This document shows positions 20,987-31,376 of a stretch of 64,000 nucleotides of DNA, piece by piece (within the stretch, counting starts at the first letter, position 1; each line of letters starts with the position of its first letter). Position numbers and translations under genes: made by a program. The stretch is from NCBI GenBank assembly GCA_963707925.1, contig CAVPRT010000008.1, positions 38,409 through 102,408 of the forward strand, given 5' to 3'. The notes beneath the pieces were generated by a model. It searched no databases. It saw only the letters and a list, made by a program, of their open reading frames with translations, and was not told the origin of the DNA. Source of the DNA: an uncultured Acidimicrobiales bacterium. Lineage in GTDB: Bacteria; Actinomycetota; Acidimicrobiia; Acidimicrobiales; Ilumatobacteraceae.

Positions 20987-22096
20987 TCACGGCTCGGCGA
21001 CCTCCTCGATCAGGGCCACGAGCCTGCCGCTGCGGTGCAGCGCACCTTCTGAATGAGCCCTGTCGGCGATGGCCGCCAACTCCTCCGGCGAGGCGATGAA
21101 GTGTTCGATCTCGCTCACGAGCCGGTCCACCGTGAGCTCGGATTGCTCGATCAGCACCGCCGCACCCTTGTCGGACAGCACCCTGGCGTTGTCGACCTGG
21201 TGGTTCTCGGCTGCATCGGGCCAGGGGACGACAATGGCCGGAGCGCCAACCGTGGCCAGTTCGGCGACAGTGCCGGCGCCGGCCCTGGTGACCATCAGGT
21301 CGGCCGCGGCATAGAGCTGGGGCATGCGGTCCTCGTATCCGATCACGCGGTAAATGATGCCCTCGGAGCCGACGCGAGCGGGCGCGGCATCACTGAGAAA
21401 TCGTTCACCGACGACGTGGTACACCGCCAGGTCGCGCCGGTCCGCGAGGCGTTCGACCGCAGCCGTCACCACTTCGTTCACCGCGCCGGCACCCAGCGAA
21501 CCACACATCACGGCCACCACGAAACGATCAAGGGGCAGGCCCAGATCCTGGCGTGCCCTCGCGCGCGATCGGCACGGCGGTCGAGACTGATCATCGCCTG
21601 GCGTACCGGAGCCCCGGTGAGGCGGCCCTGCGGGAGGGTGGAGCCCTCGAAGGCCACGGCACAGGCCGTCGCCCGACGGGCCATCAGCTTGGACACCAAG
21701 CCCGGCCGACGGTCGTAGCTCACCACCACGTAGGGGATCCGCAGACGCCGCGCCGCATAGGTGGCGGGGAAGCTGGCGTAACCGCCGACGTTGACGACCA
21801 CCGCCGGGCGCAGGACGCGCAACAGGTGCTTCGCCTCGCGGACTCGCGCGGTACAGCTTGAGAGGAATGGAGAGGTTGCGCGCCGTCAGGCTGCGCTGCA
21901 AGCCGGTCACCTCGAGGAAGCTGTGCGGATAACCGGTGGGCGGCACGATGGTGGTCTCGACGCCACGGCGGGAGCCGACGTAGTGGATCGAATCCGGAGG
22001 GTGCCCCGCTGCCACCAGGCCGTCGGCGATTGCCAGTGCCGGCAGCACATGGCCGGAGGTGCCCCCACCGGTGACGACGGCGAAGGTGCCGCTCAT
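20987..22096 (-). CDS. murG: Undecaprenyldiphospho-muramoylpentapeptide beta-N-acetylglucosaminyltransferase MurG; 2 frameshifts as sequenced
   Basis: VVTGGGTSGHVLPALAIADGL. The frame breaks near 21838-21850 and continues ...LRPAVVVNVGGYASFPATYAARRLRIPYVV.... A second break lies near 21570-21580, followed by ...MCGSLGAGAVN...MVTRAGAGTVAELA...ENHQVDNA. The ATG at 22096 overlaps the ftsW stop (ATGA). Confidence 0.9.
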   Translation of the reverse strand: MSGTFAVVTGGGTSGHVLPALAIADGLVAAGHPPDSIHYVGSRRGVETTIVPPTGYPHSFLEVTGLQRSLTARNLSIPLKLYRASPRGEAPVARPAPGGGRQRRRLRQLPRHLCGAASADPLRGGELRPSAGLGVQADGPSGDGLCRGLRGLHPPAGPPHRGSGTPGDDQSRPPCRSRARARQDLGLPLDRFVVAVMCGSLGAGAVNEVVTAAVERLADRRDLAVYHVVGERFLSDAAPARVGSEGIIYRVIGYEDRMPQLYAAADLMVTRAGAGTVAELATVGAPAIVVPWPDAAENHQVDNARVLSDKGAAVLIEQSELTVDRLVSEIEHFIASPEELAAIADRAHSEGALHRSGRLVALIEEVAEP

Positions 22097-23249
22097 CTCA
22101 CGTTGCGGGCCACGTTCAGCAGCAGGCCCGTGGCCGCCAGGGTGACGAACAAGGAGCTGCCACCGGCGGAGAAGAAGGGCAGGGTGAGTCCGGTCACGGG
22201 CATCAGGCCCGTGACGCCGCCGACGTTGATGATCGCCTGAACCACGAACCAGCAGACGACACCACCGGCCACCAGAGCGTGGAAGCGATCCTGAGTGACA
22301 ATGGCCACCTGCACCCCGGCATAGGCCAGCACCATGAACCCGCCCAGCACCGCGACGACACCGATCATGCCCAGTTCCTCGGCCACGACGGCGAAGATGA
22401 AGTCGCTGTGGGCCAGGGGCAGGAACTCGCCAAGCTTGTTCTCGCCGCGGCCCGACACCGGAACCAGTCACCCCTCCCTGAGCGATCGCGATCATCGCCT
22501 GCCACGTCTGGTAGCTGAGGTGGTCCTTGTGAGCGGCGATGTCCATGAAGGCGGTGAAACGTGCCTCACGACGCGGGCTCGACACCACGAACGCCAAGGC
22601 AGCCATTGTGCCGAACAGGCCGGCAGTGGTGAGCGGCAGCAGGGATGCGCCGGCGATGAAGGCCATCGTGAAGACGATCGACAGCGAGCACGATGGCCGA
22701 ACCGAGGTCGCCCTGGAGCAGGCAAAGCCCGCAGGCGACGATGGCCAGACCGAGCACCGGCAACAGGGTGCGCACCGGGTCGTGCATCTCGTCTCGGCGT
22801 GATGCCAGAAGGCTCGCACACGCCAGAAGCAGGGCCAGCTTGAGGAACTCGCTCGGCTGGAAGTTGATCGGACCGATGACCACCCACGAGCTGGCGTCGT
22901 TCACCCTGCTGCCGATGCCGGGGAGGAAGGGCAGGACCATCAGCCCGCACGCCACCACGAACGAAGGCACAACCAACTGGCGCCACCGTCTCATCGGTAT
23001 GCGCATCGCCACCCACATGCCCACAAGGCCGAGCGCGGCCCACAATGCCTGCCGGTTGAAGAGTCGCCACGGTGAGTTGCCCTTGTGGAACTCGCTGATC
23101 GAAGTCGCCGACAGCACCATCACCAGGCCGAGCATGGTGAACACGGTGGCCACGACGGCGATCAGGTAGAAGGCGATGGGCGGGGGCGTGACCGGGCGGA
23201 CGTGATCACGCGTCGATCGGGTGCCGGCGCATCGCATCGGAGCGGGCAA
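22093..23249 (-). CDS. ftsW: SEDS-family peptidoglycan glycosyltransferase FtsW; 2 frameshifts as sequenced
   Basis: The multi-TM N-terminus includes INFQPSEFLKLALLL. Frame breaks lie near 22685-22695 and 22455-22470. The C-terminal part reads LPLAHSDFIFAVVAEELG...GLMPVTGLTLPFFSAGGSSL. Confidence 0.9.
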
Positions 23250-23296
23250 GGGCCGCCCTGCGCCGGTCGCCGATGAGAGTGCTCGATGCGCTCAAC

Positions 23297-24640
23297 TCAG
23301 GTCCTCCCCGCAAGGGCTCGCGCCAACTGCTTGAAATCCTCACCACGCGCCGGGTATCCGCCGTCGGGGTACCAGTCGAAGCTCGCGCAAGCTGGTGACA
23401 GGAGGACGACATCGCCTTCGACCGCGTAACGAGCGGCCAGCTCTACCGCTTCCTCCATCGAGCCGGCGGTCGAAGTGGGGCACAGGCCGGCAAAGGCGTC
23501 GGTGATCTCACCCGCTGCGGCGCCGAGCCCGACAACAGCCTTGATCCTCCCGTGTTCCGAGGCGAGGCCGGCCAGATCGAGGCCCTTGTTGAGTCCCCCG
23601 GCAAGAAGCACAACCCGCCGAAAGCTGCGGATCGCAGTGAGCGCCGCATGGGGTGTGGTCGCCTTGGAATCGTTGAACCACTGCACCCCGTGGAAGGTGC
23701 CAACCGGTTCAATACGGTGAGGCGGGTGGCGGAAGGTGGTGAGTGCCCGGGCCACGGCTTCGGTACCGGCGAGACCGCTCTCGAGCACGAGAGCTGCCGC
23801 AGCAAGAGCGTTGGTCAGGTCGTGAGGCAGGGTGCGTGTCATCGACGCCACCGGGGCGATGGATCCCATCGGCCCCGCCAGATACCCATCGGCGATGTGG
23901 TAGTCGGCACCGGACGCGGCGAAGGTGCGAGTGATGCCGCCGGCGGCTTCCAGGTTGCGCATCACGACCGCGTCGTCGGCGAAACCGATGGCCACGTCGG
24001 TGGGCCGACGATGGGCCCACATCCGCGCCTTGGCCGCCTCGTACGACGCAAGCGAGGTGTGCCAGTTCTGATGGTCGGGAGCGAAGTTCAACCACACCGC
24101 GGCTTCGGCACGGAACGAATCGACCCAATTGAGACGGAAGCTGCTGCACTCGACGGTGAAAACGTCGACGGGGTCGTCGAGAGCTGCGGCAAGCGGCACC
24201 TCGGTGTTGCCGACCGCCGAGGTGGGAACGCCCTCAGCTTCGAGCATGTGGGCGGTCAACATCGTGGTCGTGGTCTTGCCGTCGGTGCCGGTTATCGCCA
24301 GCATCGGCCGTGGTCCTCCCGGCCTGGCCTGTTCCCACAGGTAGGCGAGGTCGATCTCGGTGCGCAGAGGAGTGCCGGCGGCGACGGCGGCGCCGATCAC
24401 AGCATGGGTCTCGCGAACCCCCGGGGCCGGACAGACGACGTCGCTGTCGCGCACCAGGGCGGCGATCTCCGCTTCGTCGGGACGCTCGATCAGGGCGGTG
24501 CCGAGGACTGCGGCAAGCTGCCTCTTGGCGTCGTCGGGCGCATCGTCGGCGACCATCACGCGCCAACCCCGCCTCACCAACTGAGTCGCGAGCGCGTTAC
24601 CGCTGAGAGCAATGCCATAGATCAGGGCGGTGCCTGTCAC
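23297..24640 (-). CDS. murD: UDP-N-acetylmuramoylalanine--D-glutamate ligase MurD
   Basis: Intact. LAITGTDGKTTTTML is the P-loop, followed by ...WFNDSKATTPHAA.... The likely GTG start at 24638-24640 (VTGTALIYG) lies 7 nt from the mraY stop. Confidence 0.9.
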   Translation of the reverse strand: MTGTALIYGIALSGNALATQLVRRGWRVMVADDAPDDAKRQLAAVLGTALIERPDEAEIAALVRDSDVVCPAPGVRETHAVIGAAVAAGTPLRTEIDLAYLWEQARPGGPRPMLAITGTDGKTTTTMLTAHMLEAEGVPTSAVGNTEVPLAAALDDPVDVFTVECSSFRLNWVDSFRAEAAVWLNFAPDHQNWHTSLASYEAAKARMWAHRRPTDVAIGFADDAVVMRNLEAAGGITRTFAASGADYHIADGYLAGPMGSIAPVASMTRTLPHDLTNALAAAALVLESGLAGTEAVARALTTFRHPPHRIEPVGTFHGVQWFNDSKATTPHAALTAIRSFRRVVLLAGGLNKGLDLAGLASEHGRIKAVVGLGAAAGEITDAFAGLCPTSTAGSMEEAVELAARYAVEGDVVLLSPACASFDWYPDGGYPARGEDFKQLARALAGRT

Positions 24641-24647
24641 GTCGGCC

Positions 24648-25706
24648 TCACAGTTCGCCGACTCGCGTGAAATCGCCGATGAAGATACCCAGCGCGGCGG
24701 CGACACAGATGCCGCAGACGACCCAGAAGCGGATGATGACTGTCGTCTCGGGCCAGCCGCTGAGCTCGAAATGATGGTGGATAGGCGACATGCGGAAGAG
24801 CCGCTTCTTGTGACCCGACAACTCGAACACCCCCATCTGCAGCACCACCGATCCGGCCTCGATGACGTTCACCCCACAGATCAGGAACAGGAGCAAGTGG
24901 GTATTAGTGGTCAAGGCGAGCAGGGCTAGGGCCGTGCCTATGCCGAGGGCACCGACCTCGCCCATGACTATCCGTGCCGGGGCGGCGTTGAACCACAGGA
25001 ACCCGGCGCACGCGCCGCCGAACGCCGACGCGAGCACAGCCAGATCGAGGGGGTTCACCACCGCGCTGTAGACGCCGGGATTACGAAAGGCCCAGTAGGC
25101 GATCACCGTGAAGACGAGGAAGCCCATCATCGCCGCGCCGCCGGCCAGTCCGTCGAGGCCATCAGTGATGTTCACCGCGTTGGCGGTGCTCCAGACGAGA
25201 AGACCGGCCAGGACCACGAACACAACTAGCGGCACTTCCCATCCGGGCCTGGCGGCGCGGGTGAACGAGATCGTCTCGGCAAGGCCGGTAGCTGCCACCA
25301 GCCACCAGACGATCACGACCGACAATGCCAGGGTGATGTATCGCCTGACATTGAGGATGGCCCTACCACCGTGGTGGCGGATCTTGACCAGATCGTCGAG
25401 CAGGCCGACACCGGCAATCGCCAGGATGCCCACCCACATGATCATCGCCTGGTCGCTGAAGGCGAGACCGGGGCGCAGGTGGGCCACCATCCAGCCCGAC
25501 AGCGCAGCGCCGATGATGGCCAGGCCGCCCATCGTGGGCGTACCCCGCTTCGCCCTCTGTTCCGGGCCGGGTTCACTTGGGTCGGGCTCAATGCGGCCGC
25601 GTACCGGTTGGCCGATCCAACGCTCACCGAACAAGGTGATCAGGTAGCGGGTCGCGAACAGGCCGATGAGCATCGCTGTGGCGCCACCGATCATCACCGC
25701 GATCAT
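24648..25706 (-). CDS. mraY: Phospho-N-acetylmuramoyl-pentapeptide transferase MraY
   Basis: Intact 352-aa polytopic protein with GLLDDLVKI, NAVNITDGLDGLAGG and SPIHHHFEL motifs. Confidence 0.95.
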   Translation of the reverse strand: MIAVMIGGATAMLIGLFATRYLITLFGERWIGQPVRGRIEPDPSEPGPEQRAKRGTPTMGGLAIIGAALSGWMVAHLRPGLAFSDQAMIMWVGILAIAGVGLLDDLVKIRHHGGRAILNVRRYITLALSVVIVWWLVAATGLAETISFTRAARPGWEVPLVVFVVLAGLLVWSTANAVNITDGLDGLAGGAAMMGFLVFTVIAYWAFRNPGVYSAVVNPLDLAVLASAFGGACAGFLWFNAAPARIVMGEVGALGIGTALALLALTTNTHLLLFLICGVNVIEAGSVVLQMGVFELSGHKKRLFRMSPIHHHFELSGWPETTVIIRFWVVCGICVAAALGIFIGDFTRVGEL

Positions 25707-27124
25707 GTGGGATTCTCCAACAGGCTCAGGGCTACCGCACGGTCTTCGAAGGGGATGACCTCGGCACCGACGGTCTGGGTGGTCTCATGACCCTTCCCGG
25801 CAATCACCACCACGTCGCCGGGGTTTGCCTTCCGGAAAGCCACAGCGAAGGCGCGGCGTCGGTCGGGCTCACTCACAACACGGTCACGGTAGTCGCCAGC
25901 CACCCCCTCAACCACGGCATTGATGATCGCCAGAGGATCCTCTGACCGAGGGTTGTCGGAGGTGACGACCACGAAGTCGGCGAGTTCCGCCGCTACCGCA
26001 CCCATCATCGGCCTCTTCTCCCGGTCGCGGTCACCACCACAACCGAATACGGCAATCACCCGACCGTCACCAGATGCGGCACGAGCAGCGCCGAGGACTT
26101 CCCTCAGACCATCTGGTGTGTGGGCAAAGTCGACGATCACCGTGAACGGTTGGCCGGCATCGACCGGCTCGAAACGCCCAGGCACCGGCCGGGCAGCCCG
26201 TAACCCCACGCTGATGGCTGCTGGTGGCACCCCGAGCGCGGCGGCCGCAGTGGCGGCGGCGAGGCTGTTCATCGAATTGAAAGTTCCACCGAGACCGACT
26301 TGGATCCTCTGACCGCGCCAGTTGTACTCGTGACCGGTCGGCGTCACGGTGAGATCCGAGAAGTCGGACGCAGAGAATGCTTCGATCGGTATCGGCTGGG
26401 CATCGATCAGCAGACGTCCGTGCACGTCGTCGGCGTTGGCGATCCCCCGCTCGGCGAGCCACGGCTCGAACAGGGTCGCCTTGGCAGCGAAGTAGTTCTC
26501 CTGAGTGCCATGGAGGTCGAGGTGGTCGCGACCCAGGTTGGTGAACACGACGAGGGCGAAGCGGCAGCCGGCCACGCGGTGCAGGGCGAGGGCGTGAGAC
26601 GAGACCTCCATCACCACCACCTTCCTGGCTTCGGCTACAAAGCCTGCCAGTTGGGCCTGAAGGTGGGGCGCCTCGGGAGTTGTGTGCTTGCCGGTGAGAG
26701 TGCCGATGACGCCGGTGGCTATACCTGCCGATTCCAGGATCGCGGCGAGCAGAGCGGCGGTTGTGGTCTTGCCGTTGGTACCCGTGACACCCACCAGAGT
26801 GAGTGCGCGCGAAGGATGACCAAAGAAGGCTGCAGCCAGGTGACCCATCGCCTCGCGTGCGTCGGGAACGACCACCTGGGCGACATCGACCGGTAGCTCA
26901 TGGTCGACCAGGAGGGCTCGCGCGCCGGCAGCCACAGCAGAGGCGGCAAAAGCGTGACCGTCGGCCGTCGCCCCGCGCAGGCAGCAGAACAGGGAACCCT
27001 CGCGTACCTCGCGCGAGTCGAAGACGACTCCGCCCACCACTTCGCTCCCGTCGCCGCGTTTCGCGGTCGAGGGCAGCTCCGCCTCGGCCAGGAGTTCGCC
27101 GAGAGGCAGTTCCACTCCCGTCAC
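25703..27124 (-). CDS. murE: UDP-N-acetylmuramoyl-L-alanyl-D-glutamate--2,6-diaminopimelate ligase MurE
   Basis: Intact from the GTG at 27122-27124, which overlaps the ftsI TGA (GTGA). GVTGTNGKTTTAAL is the P-loop. The DNPR motif (TSDNPRSEDP) is characteristic of meso-DAP-adding MurE. The stop overlaps the mraY start by 4 nt. Confidence 0.9.
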   Translation of the reverse strand: MTGVELPLGELLAEAELPSTAKRGDGSEVVGGVVFDSREVREGSLFCCLRGATADGHAFAASAVAAGARALLVDHELPVDVAQVVVPDAREAMGHLAAAFFGHPSRALTLVGVTGTNGKTTTAALLAAILESAGIATGVIGTLTGKHTTPEAPHLQAQLAGFVAEARKVVVMEVSSHALALHRVAGCRFALVVFTNLGRDHLDLHGTQENYFAAKATLFEPWLAERGIANADDVHGRLLIDAQPIPIEAFSASDFSDLTVTPTGHEYNWRGQRIQVGLGGTFNSMNSLAAATAAAALGVPPAAISVGLRAARPVPGRFEPVDAGQPFTVIVDFAHTPDGLREVLGAARAASGDGRVIAVFGCGGDRDREKRPMMGAVAAELADFVVVTSDNPRSEDPLAIINAVVEGVAGDYRDRVVSEPDRRRAFAVAFRKANPGDVVVIAGKGHETTQTVGAEVIPFEDRAVALSLLENPT

Positions 27125-29106
27125 CGCGCTGCGCAGCCGGTGTCGCCGGGCGTGGGGGTGATGGCCAACTCGTGGATCACGCTGGTGGCCACCGTGGCAA
27201 ACAGGGGGGCGGCGGCCTTGCCACCAAAGCGGTCGTTCGACGTCGGGTCGGGCTCGTCGATGGTGACCAGGATCGTCACCTGGGGTGCGGCCGCAGGCAG
27301 GAAGCCGACGAAGGAGGCTCGGTAGGCGCGACTGCCGTCCTCGCCGTAGGTGCCGTCCTGGACCTTGTACGCCGTGCCGGTCTTGCCGGCCGCTGTCATG
27401 CTGTCGAGCCGCGCGTCCTTGCCCGTGCCGGTGCACACCACATCGGTCATCATGTCGATCATCGTCGCTGCGCTGTCGGGATCGATCACCCGCCGAGTGG
27501 CAGAGGCAGGAGTCTCGGTTACCTCACCGTCGGCGCCGATCGTGGCCATCAGCATCTTCGGGGCCACGTAGGTGCCCCCGTTGGCGACGGTGTTGACGGC
27601 GGCGGCGAGCTGCAACGAGGTCGTGGTGTAGCCGTAGCCGTAGCTCATCGTGGAAGCCTCGGAGCCCTGCCATTCGTCCACCGGCTTCAGCCTTCCGGCG
27701 CTCTCATCGGGGAACCCGAGCGCCGTCGGCTGACCGAAACCGAAGCCCTGAAGGTACTCGCCGAAACGTTCGTCGCCGACCTGCTCGGTCAGCAACAGGG
27801 TGCCGATGTTCGAGGAATGGACGATGATGTCACGCAGGCTCATCGGCTTGGTGTCGTGCAACTCGGCATCCTTGACCGTCTGCTCCCAGATGGTGTTCTT
27901 GTTGAACACCATCCTGCCAGGAACATCGATCACGGTGTCCGGGTTCGCCACTCCACTGTCGACCACAGCGGAGAGGCTGAACACCTTCGCCACCGAGCCG
28001 GGCTCGAAGGCCTCGACCGCCGCCAGGTTCGCCGAGGTCACGGCCGCTATGCCTGTGTCCTCATCGCGCTTGACGTTGGCAATGGCGTAAATCTCCCCCG
28101 AGTCGGTGTCCATCACCACCACCGTGCCTCCGTCTGCCTTCACCTCGTCGACCCGGGCCAGAAGTGCCTGCTCTACCTGGAACTGCAAGGAGCGGTCGAG
28201 GGTGAGCACAAGATCGGTGCCGGGTATCGGCTCTTGAGTGGTAGTACCCGAACCGGGGATCGAAAGTCCGTTGCGGTCGTGTTCGCGCACCCTCTCGCCA
28301 TCGATCCCGGTGAGCAGGTAGTCGTACTGACGCTCGAGACCGCCTGTCCCAACACCATCGATGTCGGTTCGGCCGAGCACGCTGCGGCCCACCTCACCAC
28401 TGGGCATGATCCGCTTGTCTTCTGCGATCACGTCGACACCGGCGAGGTTCATCGCCATGATCGTCTCGGCCAGATCGTCGTCGACCTGACGGGCGACGTA
28501 GACGAAGCTCTTCTCCTTGGCGGTGAAGGCCGCAACCAGGGACTGCTCCTTCTCGGGCGAGAGACCGAGCAAGGACGAGAGCAAACCAGCAGTGCCCGTG
28601 GAATCGGTGACCAGCTTCGGGTTGGCGATGATCGTGCTCGACGGGACGCTGAGCGCGAGCTCTCCTCCATCGCGGGCAAAGATCGTGCCGCGCTGGGCGT
28701 GGAGCACCGATTCGCTCACGCGCTGGGCCAGGCCGGCTGCTTTCAGCGATTCGGAGCCTGCCGTCTGCAGGTAGACCACCTCGCCGATGACCAGGCCGAA
28801 CAGGATCAGGCTGACAACAAAGACGACCCTGAGACGGCGGCGGTGATCGCCGGCCCTCAGGTGTAGGACGATCGCCCTCTGGCTGCGGCGGCCTTTGGGC
28901 ACCCTCTTCTGCATCGGCAGGGCTGGTCGTCGCCGTGCCTTGGATGGCCCGCTGCGACCACCAGTCCGAGCCTTCTCCGCAACTTCGATCCGCCGGTGAG
29001 TGCGCGCTGGCTGGTGGCTGGGGGCGTGTTGATGGCTGCGGGTCGGCTGATGGCGGTGGGAGCGCTGGGCGTCGCGCGGCGGACGGTTTCTGGTGTCGCC
29101 GCTCAC
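27121..29106 (-). CDS. ftsI: Penicillin-binding protein (class B transpeptidase, FtsI/PBP3-like)
   Basis: Intact. Basic N-terminus, a TM helix (VVFVVSLILFGLVIGEVV), and the transpeptidase triad S-x-x-K (GSVAKV), S-x-N (HSSNIG) and K-T-G (GKTGTA). Confidence 0.9.
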   Translation of the reverse strand: MSGDTRNRPPRDAQRSHRHQPTRSHQHAPSHQPARTHRRIEVAEKARTGGRSGPSKARRRPALPMQKRVPKGRRSQRAIVLHLRAGDHRRRLRVVFVVSLILFGLVIGEVVYLQTAGSESLKAAGLAQRVSESVLHAQRGTIFARDGGELALSVPSSTIIANPKLVTDSTGTAGLLSSLLGLSPEKEQSLVAAFTAKEKSFVYVARQVDDDLAETIMAMNLAGVDVIAEDKRIMPSGEVGRSVLGRTDIDGVGTGGLERQYDYLLTGIDGERVREHDRNGLSIPGSGTTTQEPIPGTDLVLTLDRSLQFQVEQALLARVDEVKADGGTVVVMDTDSGEIYAIANVKRDEDTGIAAVTSANLAAVEAFEPGSVAKVFSLSAVVDSGVANPDTVIDVPGRMVFNKNTIWEQTVKDAELHDTKPMSLRDIIVHSSNIGTLLLTEQVGDERFGEYLQGFGFGQPTALGFPDESAGRLKPVDEWQGSEASTMSYGYGYTTTSLQLAAAVNTVANGGTYVAPKMLMATIGADGEVTETPASATRRVIDPDSAATMIDMMTDVVCTGTGKDARLDSMTAAGKTGTAYKVQDGTYGEDGSRAYRASFVGFLPAAAPQVTILVTIDEPDPTSNDRFGGKAAAPLFATVATSVIHELAITPTPGDTGCAAR

Positions 29107-29633
29107 GGAGTACCACCGGATTGGGACTTCACCGTTGCGTACTGCTCGAACTCCTGCGCCACCGTCGGTGCTGAGGTGTCACCGCCTGGGGCGCCGCTGC
29201 GCTCCACGGTGGCGATCACGTCGGGATCGATGCTTACGAACTCTGTCTGGGTAGCGGGCACCATGCCGAGGGCACTCGCCTCACGGGCGAGGCGGCCCGG
29301 CGACCTCAGCTCTGCTCGCTCGCGTCGCAGTATGTCGTAGGACTCGTGGGCCGCGCGGATGCGCCGATCGAGGACGTCGAGGTCGAGCTGGCGGCGCGCC
29401 ACCTGGGTCTGGAAGGCGGCGGTGCCGATCATCAACCCGAATACCACCGCACTCCCCACGGCCACGAGCCTGGCTGTACGGCGACGACGCGGCACCACCC
29501 TCAGCCGTGGGCGAGGAACGAGGTCGGCAACAGCGGCAGTGGACTTCACCAGGACGCGTGCCGACGAGCCTCGGTCGTCGTGCACCCTGCTGCGAACGAC
29601 CTCAGCGCGCTCGCTGCGAATCGGCATCCCCAT
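29103..29633 (-). CDS. ftsL: FtsL-like septum formation protein
   Basis: A single TM helix (LVAVGSAVVFGLMIGTAAF) is followed by a coiled coil (QTQVARRQLDLDVLDRRIRAAHESYDILRRERAEL). The position between rsmH and ftsI fits. The exact start is uncertain. Confidence 0.7.
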   Translation of the reverse strand: MGMPIRSERAEVVRSRVHDDRGSSARVLVKSTAAVADLVPRPRLRVVPRRRRTARLVAVGSAVVFGLMIGTAAFQTQVARRQLDLDVLDRRIRAAHESYDILRRERAELRSPGRLAREASALGMVPATQTEFVSIDPDVIATVERSGAPGGDTSAPTVAQEFEQYATVKSQSGGTP

Positions 29634-29685
29634 TTTCGTCCCTCGATCCTGCCTGCGCCCGATGTACTACTGGTTCTTCGTCACT

Positions 29686-30654
29686 TCATCGCCGACCACG
29701 GGTGAACGTGTCGGCGATGCGTTCAACCACCCTCAGGCGGGCGCTGGTCGATCGCCGGTTGCCCTCCTGCTCATCCGCAGAAGGGTGCTTGGGCACACCA
29801 CGCACGAGACGAACTGTCTGCACCGCGTCACACACGCAGGGCAGTTCCGGTGGGCACTCGCACCCACCGGTGGCGGCGGTACGGAAGCGCTCCTTGACGA
29901 TGCGGTCCTCGCCCGAGTGGTAGGAGAGCACGGCGATGCGGCCTCCTGGCACGGTGCACTCGATGGCGGCATCGAGCGCAGTGGGCAGGACGTCGAGCTC
30001 GCCGTTGACCTCGATGCGGATCGCCTGAAAGGTGCGCTTGGCCGGATGTCCACCGGTGCGGCGGGCCGGCGCCGGGATGGCGGAGACCACGACCTCAGCG
30101 AGTTCAGTGGTGGTCTCGATGGGTCGGGCAGCCACTATCGCAGCCGCAATGCGGCGGGCGAAGCGCTCGTCGCCGTACTGCTGCAGCACCCTGGCCAGCT
30201 GGTCTGCCGGGTAACCGTTGACCACGTCGGCGGCCGACCACAGCTGGGTTCGGTCCATGCGCATGTCGAGAGGCGCTTGGTTGCGGTAGGAGAAACCCCG
30301 GTCGGCCGAGTCGAGCTGGGGTGAGCTGACACCCAGATCGAACAGTGCCCCGGAGAGGGAGTCGATGGACAGTGCTTCCATGGCGTGTTCTAGACCGTCG
30401 AACCTGGTGTGGAACACCTTCACCCGATCGCCGAACCGGGCGAGCCGCTGAGTGGCGGCAGCTAGAGCCCGTTCGTCGCGGTCGATGCCGAGGACCGAGA
30501 GGTGGGGCCACCGATCGAGCAAGTGCTCGCTGTGGCCTCCCCCACCGAGGGTCGCGTCGAGCACGAACCCCGCGGGCACCGGCTCGAAGAGCGCCGTGAT
30601 CTCCTGCACCATCACCGGGAGGTGGTGATAGCCGTCGTTCAGCGAGTCGCTCAT
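29686..30654 (-). CDS. rsmH: 16S rRNA (cytosine1402-N4)-methyltransferase RsmH (MraW)
   Basis: HLPVMVQEI..., the SAM site DATLGGGGHSE, DLGVSSPQLD and YHSGEDRIVK. I chose the start at MSDSLNDGYHH; an upstream in-frame start at 30783 is possible. Confidence 0.9.
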   Translation of the reverse strand: MSDSLNDGYHHLPVMVQEITALFEPVPAGFVLDATLGGGGHSEHLLDRWPHLSVLGIDRDERALAAATQRLARFGDRVKVFHTRFDGLEHAMEALSIDSLSGALFDLGVSSPQLDSADRGFSYRNQAPLDMRMDRTQLWSAADVVNGYPADQLARVLQQYGDERFARRIAAAIVAARPIETTTELAEVVVSAIPAPARRTGGHPAKRTFQAIRIEVNGELDVLPTALDAAIECTVPGGRIAVLSYHSGEDRIVKERFRTAATGGCECPPELPCVCDAVQTVRLVRGVPKHPSADEQEGNRRSTSARLRVVERIADTFTRGRR

Positions 30655-30901
30655 CGGGCCGGGCCCCGCGTCGAATATCGGTGGGCGATCTTCCGTCCAT
30701 CTGCAGCCCCCCGGTTCGCGGTTGCCGCCGGGATGTCTCCCCGGACGTGCGAAACGGAAGCGGGCGGAGTGTGGGCTGTCCATCTTGCGGGCCGGGAAGC
30801 TGCAGATGGGCGGGTGATCGTGGCTCGGATCGAAAGTGTTCTGTTCAGTGTTGGTCGGGTCCTGTTCCTCCTCCTGCTAGTAGGGATGATCGTGGGCGGG
30901 C

Positions 30902-31321
30902 TCACTCCTCGCCGGCCATGTCGTCGCTGCCGGCGCTGTCCACCAGGGCGTACCGCTCGGGCGTCCAGATCTCGAGCCGGTCGAACGAGCCGGCGACCGT
31001 GACAGATGCGTTGGCCATCAGGCCGGCGAAGCTGCGCAGTGCCTCATCGATGTTGACCCTGCCCTGCTTGTCGACGGTGACCTGTTGGGCCGAACCGGCC
31101 ACGGCGCGCAGATGGTTCATCGACACCTCGCCGGCGACCTCACGCGCTCGCATGACCTCGGCCTCGGCTTCGAAGATGGCGGCGGGGACGACGGCGATGC
31201 ACTTCCCCTTGCCCTTGGCCAGATAGCACTCCTCGCCGAGAAGGGCGCGAAAGCGCGACGGCAGGGAGACTCGGCCCTTGTCGTCGAGCTGGCGCTCATA
31301 GGCTCCGACGAGCAACGACAT
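30902..31321 (-). CDS. mraZ: Transcriptional regulator MraZ
   Basis: Two SpoVT/AbrB-like repeats carry the DxxxR signature (LDDKGRVSLPSRFR and VDKQGRVNIDEALR). I chose the start at MSLLVGAYERQ. Confidence 0.9.
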   Translation of the reverse strand: MSLLVGAYERQLDDKGRVSLPSRFRALLGEECYLAKGKGKCIAVVPAAIFEAEAEVMRAREVAGEVSMNHLRAVAGSAQQVTVDKQGRVNIDEALRSFAGLMANASVTVAGSFDRLEIWTPERYALVDSAGSDDMAGEE

Positions 31322-31376
31322 GTCCGCTTCACCACCTCTCGCTCCACTGGCGCCTGCCTCGGCACTCGTGCGGGCC

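Noticed and set aside
26803-28866. Long antisense ORFs opposite ftsI/murE (687 aa). Similar ORFs lie opposite dnaE (3614-5296), murC (19744-20811) and the transglutaminase gene (36477-38402).
   Set aside because: The opposite strand encodes well-conserved proteins with catalytic motifs. The antisense translations are Arg/Gly/Pro/His-rich and carry no recognisable domain. This is the expected artefact of GC3-rich coding regions.
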